From assembly GCA_964606485.1 (NCBI GenBank), contig CAZSGP010000001.1:225085-289084 (forward strand): a stretch of 64,000 nt of DNA. Direction: 5' to 3'. Source of the stretch: an uncultured Planctomycetia bacterium. GTDB taxonomy: Bacteria; Omnitrophota; Gorgyraeia; 2-02-FULL-51-18. Below the pieces are notes generated by a model. It had not been told where the DNA came from, did no database searches, and worked only from the letters and a program-made list of their open reading frames with translations. This document shows positions 56,737 to 64,000 of the stretch, in pieces. Position 1 is the first letter of the stretch. Every line of letters starts with the position of its first letter. The position numbers and the translations under genes are program-made.

Positions 56737-57105
56737 ATGAAAAATTTTAAGGGGCTGTTTGGACTTATTGGCATCGGTTGTTCGAGCCTTTGCTTTTTGG
56801 GATTGCCGGTTTTCATGGCACTTATTCCATTCGAATGGATGGGGTCTACACTCTTTCAGTGGACCATAAGAATTATGGTTTTTATTTCGCTTTATTTCTC
56901 GATATCGGCTGCATACGAAAGTTTCAAACTTCATCGTAACTTTGGACCCTTACTGATTCTATTACCAGTAAGTATTGTTTTAGTTTTGCTATCGTTTTAT
57001 TTGGTTCCAAGACCAATAGGCTGGCTGGCATTTGGCGTTTTTATTGTTTCTTGGTTTTGGAATCACATGCTTCTTCGGAAGATTTGCAATGTATCTTGCC
57101 ATTAG
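56737..57105 (+). CDS. Small 4-TM membrane protein.
   Basis: Hydrophobic throughout. 8 bp after the cusA stop. Confidence 0.35.
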   Translation: MKNFKGLFGLIGIGCSSLCFLGLPVFMALIPFEWMGSTLFQWTIRIMVFISLYFSISAAYESFKLHRNFGPLLILLPVSIVLVLLSFYLVPRPIGWLAFGVFIVSWFWNHMLLRKICNVSCH

Positions 57106-57342
57106 AGAGATGAGTCATGACTGAAGAAGATAAACAAAAGGAAAGAGAGATGGAAGGCCATTTCAAGGAACTGCGGCTTGCAGAACATGCGTTTTTTCGG
57201 GAAGCGTTTAAGGATATTAAAACAAAGTATCGACATTATGTTCTTTGGGTTCTTTTTATTTGCTTAATCCTTGTTCTTTTATGGTGCTTTTTTTCGTGCC
57301 CCTGGCTTCATAAGATAGGCCTTTGTCCAATGAGTCATTAAA

Positions 57343-58464
57343 ATGATAGCCACAATCACAATTAATCCATCCATCGATCAACACATGGTAATTGACAAGC
57401 TTGTCAAAGACGACGCTGTTCGTGTGCGCGAGATCAGTCGTTATCCAGGGGGCAAGGGAATCAATGTCTCGCGGGTTATTAAGGAGCTTGGTGGGGAAAC
57501 GATGGCCTTTTCAGTTGCGGGTGGTTGTGCAGGTTACATGTTAAAAAGTCTCATTAGTGATCAAGGATTTCCTTTTGAAACTATTGATGTTCTCGAAGAA
57601 ACACGGATTAACGTGATCATTACCGACAAGTCGGATCGCACGCAGACGCGGCTGCACGCCGATGGCCCCTTTGCCTCTTTGGATGTCACAGATCGCCTTT
57701 TCAGCTGCGTTTCGGGCTATGAGCCAATGCCTGAGTGGTGGGTGTTGGGTGGCAGCCTTCCTCCCGGCGCTCCCACTGATTTCTATGCGCGATTTATTCA
57801 ATTTTTCAAGGACGCGGGGGTCAAATGTTTTCTTGATGCGGATAACGATGCCCTTAAACTCGGTATTGAAGCCAAGCCATATTTTATTAAACCGAACGAA
57901 TATGAAATGAGCCGTCTTGCGGGCCGTGCTTTGCCAGATGAGGCTTCGATAATTGATGCTGCTTACGAAATCATAAATGGTGGAGTAGAAGTTGTTGCCG
58001 TAACACGCGGCCCCAAGGGGGCCCTTGTTATTACGAAGGAGTCTGTTTTGCGTGCCCAATCGCCCGATATCGAAACGAAAAGTAAGGTGGGTGCTGGAGA
58101 TTCCTTTCTTGCGGGGTGTGCTCTTGCATTATCGAGGGGACAAACAATGGAGGAGGCGCTCCGTTTGGGCATGGCAGCGGGAACTGCGGCTGTGATGCAC
58201 GAAGGAACATCGTTGTGTCGACGGGAAGATGTGGAGAAAATTGTTAGCCAGATTATTATTGAGAACGTAGAGCGTAAGAGCCAACCACCGGTTCGGACGT
58301 CCATTCAGAAGAAGCTCGATGTGGTTTGTGGGATGCAAGTAGATCCTAACCTCGCGCCGTTTGAGGCAAGCTATGAAGGCGAAGATTTCCGGTTTTGCTC
58401 GTTGAAGTGTGAAGAGCGGTTTTTGAAAGATCCCAAGCGATACACCAAAGATGTGGTGCGTTAA
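57343..58464 (+). CDS. PfkB-family carbohydrate kinase (1-phosphofructokinase/tagatose-6-P kinase-like) fused to a C-terminal YHS metal-binding domain.
   Basis: 'TINPSIDQ', 'GGKGINVSR' and 'GAGDSF' PfkB motifs. C-terminus 'VVCGMQVDPN...GEDFRFCSLKCEERF' YHS. Confidence 0.65.
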   Translation: MIATITINPSIDQHMVIDKLVKDDAVRVREISRYPGGKGINVSRVIKELGGETMAFSVAGGCAGYMLKSLISDQGFPFETIDVLEETRINVIITDKSDRTQTRLHADGPFASLDVTDRLFSCVSGYEPMPEWWVLGGSLPPGAPTDFYARFIQFFKDAGVKCFLDADNDALKLGIEAKPYFIKPNEYEMSRLAGRALPDEASIIDAAYEIINGGVEVVAVTRGPKGALVITKESVLRAQSPDIETKSKVGAGDSFLAGCALALSRGQTMEEALRLGMAAGTAAVMHEGTSLCRREDVEKIVSQIIIENVERKSQPPVRTSIQKKLDVVCGMQVDPNLAPFEASYEGEDFRFCSLKCEERFLKDPKRYTKDVVR

Positions 58465-58534
58465 GGATGTAGTTTGTTTGTAATAATGTGATGGCAATGT
58501 AAGTACGTCTGTTTTAAAAACATAGGAGGGATAG

Positions 58535-58756
58535 ATGAAAAAGCTCGGAATTCTGATGTTGGGACTGATGATGATGGCGCCGATGGTCGGCGCTGAGGAA
58601 GAAACCGTGAAGGTTTTCCAGTGCCCGATGGACGGTTATATGGTTGCCGCCAAATGCCCGCACTGCGGAATGGATATGGAGAAAAAGGAAGTGAAAATCG
58701 CGGAGTATCAGGCCGCTATCGAAAAACAGCAAGCGAAGATGAAGGGACGTTCTTAA
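58535..58756 (+). CDS. Small secreted protein carrying the CPM..CPHCGM heavy-metal-binding motif.
   Basis: Signal peptide 'MKKLGILMLGLMMMAPMVGA'. 'FQCPMDGYMVAAKCPHCGMDM'. Confidence 0.55.
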   Translation: MKKLGILMLGLMMMAPMVGAEEETVKVFQCPMDGYMVAAKCPHCGMDMEKKEVKIAEYQAAIEKQQAKMKGRS

Positions 58757-58770
58757 TCATTCAGCCCGGG

Positions 58771-58806
58771 CCAGCAGGCGACGAATCGTCTGCTGGTCTT
58801 TTTTGA
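58771..58806 (+). terminator. Rho-independent terminator.
   Basis: ccagcag-gcgacgAATcgtc-tgctgg hairpin followed by tcttttttg. Confidence 0.55.
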
Positions 58807-59138
58807 GATCAACATTGAATCTATCTGGACCAAAAGTTTAAGGTGTTATGCTTTGCAGGGATGGGGGACTATCTGGGGATGAGTAACCGTAGCTATTTCC
58901 CTGATAGACAATCAAGCAGTTGCCCTGATTTCGTAATGTTTGTCCTTGAATTAAGATGCCCCAGAGAAGGTGTATCCGCTTCATAAACTGAAACAGATTA
59001 CGAGGAAGATGGTAAAACCATTCTGGCTACTTTGAAGCCCGCTGCTCTGCTGGCGATGTTTAACACACACCCCAACTAGAAGGGGTGGCGCGGGAAGTGG
59101 AGGATACGATCTTAAAGATCATGAAGGAGGCGAAGTAA

Positions 59139-59381
59139 ATGGGTAAAAATCGTGGATTATGGATGATGTTAGGTTGTGCCTTGCCGCTGCTTTTAATTTT
59201 TGTGTTACCTCGTTTTGGAATAAGCGGAGGGGGTTCTTTATTCATCTTTATTATTTTAATGTTCGCCTGCCACTTATTCATGATGGGTGGACACGGAGGG
59301 CATGGCGAGCACAATGATAACGAAGAGGGTGGGCAAAGCAAACATAAAGACAAAAAGGAGGCTGGGCATGGGTGCCATTAA
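59139..59381 (+). CDS. Small membrane protein with a His-rich C-terminal tail.
   Basis: Two TM segments. 'GGHGGHGEHNDNEEGGQSKHKDKKEAGHGCH'. Confidence 0.45.
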   Translation: MGKNRGLWMMLGCALPLLLIFVLPRFGISGGGSLFIFIILMFACHLFMMGGHGGHGEHNDNEEGGQSKHKDKKEAGHGCH

Positions 59382-59646
59382 TATAAAAAGGTTCGGCTTC
59401 GCTTTTGGAGCCACATTTGCGTTGTTACGTCTAGGTTGCTTTTTTGTTATGGCTACCGTAGGAAAAGACATTTCGATTCGTTTCTTTAATAGTCTTTTGC
59501 ACGGCCTTGACGTAACTTCAATCATTAGGATGAATATGTCCATAGGAGAGATGGCTATAGGCATCATTGAGATATTTATTTTGGGCTGGCTTACCGGAGC
59601 CACAATCGCAAGTATCTACAATTGCGCCTGCCGAGTAAAAAACTAA
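59368..59646 (+). CDS. Small 3-TM membrane protein.
   Basis: In-frame Met within ORF 59287-59646, overlapping the previous gene's stop. Hydrophobic. Confidence 0.3.
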   Translation: MGAINIKRFGFAFGATFALLRLGCFFVMATVGKDISIRFFNSLLHGLDVTSIIRMNMSIGEMAIGIIEIFILGWLTGATIASIYNCACRVKN

Positions 59647-59675
59647 CACCGAATTATAAAGAAAGAAGGAGAAAA

Positions 59676-59861
59676 ATGAAAACATCGAACCCTGTAACCA
59701 AAGATCCTATCTGCGGAATGACCGTAGACGAATCATCCGCTATCTCTACAAAGCGCGATGGACAGACATTCTACTTTTGCAGTGACAACTGTAAACAAAA
59801 GTTTCTGTCCACACCCGCTGGCACAAAGCCCGAAGAAAAGTCTCACGGTTGTTGCGGTTAA
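59676..59861 (+). CDS. YHS-domain metal-binding protein.
   Basis: RBS aaggag. 'ICGMTVDE...GQTFYFCSDNCKQKF'. C-terminal 'HGCCG'. Confidence 0.6.
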   Translation: MKTSNPVTKDPICGMTVDESSAISTKRDGQTFYFCSDNCKQKFLSTPAGTKPEEKSHGCCG

Positions 59862-59917
59862 CATCAAAGCAGAAAAAAATAAAGAATAACCAAGATATAA
59901 TTAACATAGGAGAATAA

Positions 59918-60031
59918 ATGAAAAAACTACTATTTCTAGTCTTAATTACGTTAATGGTTGGAACTGTCTCAGGATGTCAAAATAGCGCCAACGACCATAA
60001 CATGTCTGCGGAGCAACACGCGAAGATGTAA
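59918..60031 (+). CDS. Small (37 aa) putative lipoprotein.
   Basis: Strong RBS aggagaataaATG. 'MKKLLFLVLITLMVGTVSGC' lipobox. Not in the ORF track (<60 aa). Confidence 0.3.
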   Translation: MKKLLFLVLITLMVGTVSGCQNSANDHNMSAEQHAKM

Positions 60032-60057
60032 ATAATGCAAACTAGGATAATATCTTT

Positions 60058-62169
60058 ATGATTTACACATGTCCCATGCACCCGGAAGTGGTTCAGGAGG
60101 GGCCGGGCTCTTGTCCTAAATGCGGAATGTCTCTCGAACCGAAAGACGCTTCCGTCTCGGTAGAAAATAAGGAATACCAAGACATGTCCCGCAGGTTCTG
60201 GGGTAGTCTTTTTCTTTCGCTTCCCATCATTCTTCTGGCATTTGGAGAAATGCTGCCAGGCAAGCCAATAGGGAAGATCCTTTCGATGAAGCTTGTAAAT
60301 TGGATTGAGTTTTTATTTGCCACGCCGGTTGTCTTGTGGGGTGGGTTTCCGTTTTTTGAACGCGGAATTGCTTCCGTGATCAGGCGTAGCTTGAATATGT
60401 TTACGCTAATCGCTTTGGGGGTGGGCGTGGCCTACGTTTACAGCACCATCGCTACCATCATACCGTGGATTTTTCCTTCAAATTTCCAGGGACATGGCGG
60501 GGAGGTTCTTGTCTATTTCGAGGCAGCCGCTGTAATCACCGTTTTGGTTTTATTGGGCCAGGTTTTGGAACTCAAAGCCCGCACCCAAACAAGTGAAGCG
60601 ATCAAAGCTCTTTTAAATCTCGCGCCAAAGATGGCAAGAATCATTGCTTCTGATGGAACAGAAAATGACATTCCGCTAGAGCAGGTGAAGCGTGGTGATA
60701 GGCTACGTATCCGACCGGGTGAAAAAGTGCCCACAGACGGCGTTGTTCTTGAAGGCTCAAGTTCCGTGGATGAATCGATGGTCACCGGTGAATCCATTCC
60801 AATAGAAAAAGTAAAAGACCTGAAAGTCATAGGTGGCACCGTGAACGGTACGGGAGCATTGATTGTTCAGGCTGAACGCGTTGGTAGCGAAACATTACTT
60901 TCTCAGATCGTTCATATGGTAAGCGAAGCTCAACGAAGCCGTGCGCCGATCCAGCGTCTGGCTGACACAGTCTCTGGTTATTTTGTTCCGCTTGTGATTT
61001 TCGTAGCAATTTTAACCTCGCTTATCTGGGGGTTCTTTGGCCCTGAACCGAGAATGGCCTATGCTCTCGTGAATGCGGTCGCAGTTCTTATCATCGCTTG
61101 TCCTTGCGCGTTGGGGCTTGCCACGCCTATGTCCATCATGGTGGGGGTGGGTCGCGGCGCCACAGCTGGAGTTCTTATCAAAAATGCGGAAGCTCTCGAG
61201 GTTTTTCAAAAGGTTGACACGTTAATTTTTGATAAAACGGGAACTCTTACAGAAGGCAAGCCGAAACTTGTTTCCCTGACAACAGAAGTAGGGTTAAGCG
61301 AAATGGAATTCTTACATCTTGCGGCCAGTCTTGAACGTGGGAGTGAGCACCCACTAGCACAAGCGATTGTGAAAGAAGCTGAATCTAAAAGCGTCTCGTT
61401 AGTTGAAGCCAAAGATTTTAAATCAATAACGGGTAAGGGTGTCATGGGAACTGTGGATGGTAGAAGTATCGTTCTTGGAAATCAAAAATGGATCGAGGAG
61501 CTTGGCATCTCACCGGCAAGATTTACTACTAAGGCCGATGAATTACGAAAAGACGGGCAAACTGTCATGTTTTTGGCGGATAAGGCACGGGCGCTTGGAA
61601 TTCTAGGCGTTTCCGATTCTATTAAGTCATCGACTCCTGAGGCGATCCAATTGCTTCACAAAGAAGGCCTTAAGCTCATCATGGTTACCGGCGATAATCA
61701 AGTCACCGCCGAAGCCGTAGCAAAAAAATTGGGCATCGATGAAGTAAGGGCGGGGGTTTTGCCTGAACAAAAAGGCGAGATTATCAAAGAGCTTCAGTCC
61801 AAAGGCAGGCACGTCGCGATGGCTGGGGATGGTGTGAATGATGCTCCGGCACTTGCCATAGCGAATGTTGGGATCGCGATGGGTACGGGAACGGATGTAG
61901 CCATGCAAAGTGCAGGAGTGACTCTGGTCAAGGGAGATTTGCGTGGGATTGCAAAAGCTAGGAAACTCAGTCGAGCCACAATGAGAAACATTCGTCAGAA
62001 TTTATTTTTTGCCTTTATTTATAATATTTTAGGCGTGCCCATTGCAGCAGGGATTCTTTACCCCTTCTTTGGAATACTACTCTCTCCGGTCATTGCGAGT
62101 GCGGCGATGAGTTTTAGTTCGGTGTCCGTCGTAGCCAATGCCTTGAGATTGCATAGAACTTCGTTATAG
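60058..62169 (+). CDS. copA: Copper-translocating P1B-type ATPase with an N-terminal CPMHPE...CPKCGM metal-binding domain.
   Basis: '[22 protein letters not shown]'. TM 'CPC' motif ('[12 protein letters not shown]'). 'DKTGTLT', 'GDGVNDAP' and 'HP' motif ('SEHPLA'). Confidence 0.9.
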   Translation: MIYTCPMHPEVVQEGPGSCPKCGMSLEPKDASVSVENKEYQDMSRRFWGSLFLSLPIILLAFGEMLPGKPIGKILSMKLVNWIEFLFATPVVLWGGFPFFERGIASVIRRSLNMFTLIALGVGVAYVYSTIATIIPWIFPSNFQGHGGEVLVYFEAAAVITVLVLLGQVLELKARTQTSEAIKALLNLAPKMARIIASDGTENDIPLEQVKRGDRLRIRPGEKVPTDGVVLEGSSSVDESMVTGESIPIEKVKDLKVIGGTVNGTGALIVQAERVGSETLLSQIVHMVSEAQRSRAPIQRLADTVSGYFVPLVIFVAILTSLIWGFFGPEPRMAYALVNAVAVLIIACPCALGLATPMSIMVGVGRGATAGVLIKNAEALEVFQKVDTLIFDKTGTLTEGKPKLVSLTTEVGLSEMEFLHLAASLERGSEHPLAQAIVKEAESKSVSLVEAKDFKSITGKGVMGTVDGRSIVLGNQKWIEELGISPARFTTKADELRKDGQTVMFLADKARALGILGVSDSIKSSTPEAIQLLHKEGLKLIMVTGDNQVTAEAVAKKLGIDEVRAGVLPEQKGEIIKELQSKGRHVAMAGDGVNDAPALAIANVGIAMGTGTDVAMQSAGVTLVKGDLRGIAKARKLSRATMRNIRQNLFFAFIYNILGVPIAAGILYPFFGILLSPVIASAAMSFSSVSVVANALRLHRTSL

Positions 62170-62329
62170 AGACAGTTTTTCAATTAGTTTTGGATGAAAT
62201 TTTAGATCAAAAATGGTATAATATCTATAGTCGAAAAATCTCGCCTTTACGTTTCCCTTTCATAGCTCGGCTTGTTGAAGTTGCTTCGCTTAAATTAAAA
62301 AGTCTTAATCCTGTTTTCATGCGTCGTTA

Positions 62330-63643
62330 ATGGAAACACATGTAAAGTCTATCAGGAGTTCCTGTATGAAAGAAAAAGACCAATCGATCGAGACCCTACG
62401 GGGTCTTGCTATAATTCTCGTCGTAGCCGGATACATTATCCGAGACGACTTAGGCCATAATGGCCATACGCTGATTTCCTCCGCATTAAACTTTTCCTAT
62501 TATCTGCTTAAGCCGATCCGAATGCCTCTTTTTACTGTCATATCGGCATATCTTTATGCTGAATCTCCTGCTATACGTGAGACGTTTAAGAAACTGGTGA
62601 CTGGTAAGGCTCGTCGTATCGTGATCCCATTTACTGCTGTATCGGCGATGCAATATATTTTTTATCATATTTTTCATGTGAAGGGTCCGCACCCTTTACA
62701 GGAAATCTATAAAATTTACCTGTGGCCTTTTGAGCAATTCTGGTTCCTGTATTCCATTTTCTGCATTTTCATTTTCGTTGGCTTTATGGACTCCATAAAG
62801 GCATTCGATACCTTTAAGAAATGGAGTCTATGGTTTGTTTTAGCGTTGGCACTTAACGCTGCTTTTGAGCCAACTCGTCTTTTCTCAATAAATGGAACTA
62901 ATTACCTTCTACCGTTCTTCTTGTTGGGTTACGGAATCAGGCGCTACACGAAAGAACTTTTTACACCTCGAATGGTAGCTGTTTACTTTGGGGTTGCGTC
63001 AACCGCTTACGCATATTACGTTTCTATGTATGTAAGGCATTTGACGGACAATCCCAAATTGATCGCTCTTTTAATTTCAATTTCAGCAGTGCCTTTAATT
63101 TTCCATTATCGAAGGACTGTTCCATTTTTTGCAAAAATCGGTTACTACGCTTTCGGCATCCATGTTTTTAACAAAATAGCCTCTACATTTCCAAGAATGG
63201 TATTTGAGTGCTATGGCATTCGTGAGGATGGCATTCTTTTCGTGACCTATTTGACTGTAGGTATTAGCCTGGCCATTCTCATGCAACTTATTGCCGAGCA
63301 GTATTCATTTACTAGGAAATACGTGCTCGGGCTTAAAGATCCTCTTAAAAGCAAACCGACAGTTGAGTTTAGGCCTTTACCGGTTTTTCATTCATGGGCT
63401 CGCGTTAGAGCCTCGTTAGTAGCCGTCACGGCAATAATGGGGCTTTTTGTTATGAATCGCGCATCACTCGCCAACGCTTTAGATAGAATCGCTTTTCAGA
63501 CAACAGGCTCATGCATTGGAATGCATCAAAGTCATGAATGCACTTTTGTTTGCAAAAATTGTAAAAGCTCGTGTCATCACCCTAACCCTAAATCCCACCA
63601 AAACCCCGCCAACTCATCCACGTTTTCAAAGTCAGCTTTATGA
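62330..63643 (+). CDS. Acyltransferase family 3 (OafA/YrhL-like) membrane protein with a Cys/His-rich C-terminal tail.
   Basis: 'ETLRGLAIILVVAGYI' acyltransferase_3 N-terminal signature. About 10 TM segments. C-terminus 'CIGMHQSHECTFVCKNCKSSCHHPNPKSHQNP'. Confidence 0.6.
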   Translation: METHVKSIRSSCMKEKDQSIETLRGLAIILVVAGYIIRDDLGHNGHTLISSALNFSYYLLKPIRMPLFTVISAYLYAESPAIRETFKKLVTGKARRIVIPFTAVSAMQYIFYHIFHVKGPHPLQEIYKIYLWPFEQFWFLYSIFCIFIFVGFMDSIKAFDTFKKWSLWFVLALALNAAFEPTRLFSINGTNYLLPFFLLGYGIRRYTKELFTPRMVAVYFGVASTAYAYYVSMYVRHLTDNPKLIALLISISAVPLIFHYRRTVPFFAKIGYYAFGIHVFNKIASTFPRMVFECYGIREDGILFVTYLTVGISLAILMQLIAEQYSFTRKYVLGLKDPLKSKPTVEFRPLPVFHSWARVRASLVAVTAIMGLFVMNRASLANALDRIAFQTTGSCIGMHQSHECTFVCKNCKSSCHHPNPKSHQNPANSSTFSKSAL

Positions 63644-64000
63644 TGATTATTTGGGATACTACTGGGATACATCACTGCCTCCATTAAATGCATCTGGATG
63701 GCACTAGAAGCATAAGAACTCCAGAGTGTTATGAGAAACTACCCTCTTAAAGCAAAAATGTGGTACAATCCCAATACAATTAAATAACAAATCAAAGCGA
63801 TCCAGCATCGCGTAGGTTTGACACGGTATGGCAAGGTATGGCTGGGTTACGACACGGTTTGGTGTGTCATAGCCTGGCCTTTTTTATTTCCAGGGCGTAG
63901 CAAATGAAGAGCAGTTTACGAAACAATTAACATTTAAAATATAGAAAGGACATGAAAATGATTTACCAGTTAGGTTACGCAAAAGGAGTGCAAGGCGGTC

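Noticed and set aside
63780-63900. Short direct repeats (gacacggt..., ggtatggc...) followed by a T-tract near 63800-63895. Possible small RNA or terminator.
   Set aside because: No convincing stem-loop could be drawn. It is too close to the window edge to interpret.
1-64000. Searched for CRISPR arrays, rRNA genes and toxin-antitoxin pairs.
   Set aside because: No regularly spaced direct repeats, no rRNA-like conserved stretches and no recognisable TA modules were seen.

Overview
The window is a 64-kb contig from a diderm (Gram-negative-type) bacterium; TolC-family proteins, an autotransporter, type II secretion and lipoproteins are all present. By eye the GC content is about 50%. No rRNA, tRNA or CRISPR array was found. 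It divides into three parts.

(1) 1-20.9 kb is one almost gap-free, same-strand gene array. It begins with a 5'-truncated giant surface protein (>1380 aa) built from tandem Kre9/KNH-like beta-domains, followed by a signal-peptide protein with a C-terminal membrane anchor. Then comes an unusual F-type ATPase-like operon. It has a half-length epsilon subunit. A TMTC-like GT-C glycosyltransferase-TPR gene is translationally coupled between epsilon and a c-subunit-like gene, and that c-subunit appears to lack the ion-binding carboxylate. A compact b-delta fusion, alpha, gamma and beta follow, and no subunit a is present. After a 20-nt gap the array runs straight into a T2SS/type-IV-pilus-like gene set. 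This comprises an MshEN-domain protein, a GspE ATPase with a C-terminal PilZ domain, GspF, an HExxH protein, three pseudopilins, GspK, a PilM/N-like GspL and a GspM/PilO-like gene. No secretin or prepilin peptidase lies in the window.

(2) 21-32.4 kb holds housekeeping and envelope genes. These are a TPR lipoprotein, a periplasmic cyclophilin, a LysM-amidase, Sua5/TsaC, PurC, an autotransporter, a lipoprotein hydrolase, a PilZ protein, a redoxin/DsbA/MauE-DoxX trio and an esterase. Three copies of a ~77-bp palindromic intergenic repeat occur here and in part 1, at ~7.08, 22.23 and 25.58 kb.

(3) 32.7-63.6 kb looks like an integrated island. It starts with a phage remnant (small and large terminase, tyrosine integrase). 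A dense heavy-metal resistance cargo follows: a CzcCBA-like RND system, CDF, a second TolC, a multicopper oxidase, a CusCBA-like RND system, a CopA P-type ATPase, an ECF sigma/anti-sigma/Spy-like module, many small His/Cys-rich periplasmic proteins and YHS proteins, and a PfkB-kinase::YHS fusion.

The most unusual item is the subunit-a-less F1Fo-like operon with a carboxylate-less c subunit and an embedded glycosyltransferase, contiguous with the secretion/pilus operon.

All calls rest on motif-level reading of the supplied translations. No database searches were run. Internal start coordinates were derived by codon arithmetic from the ORF track.
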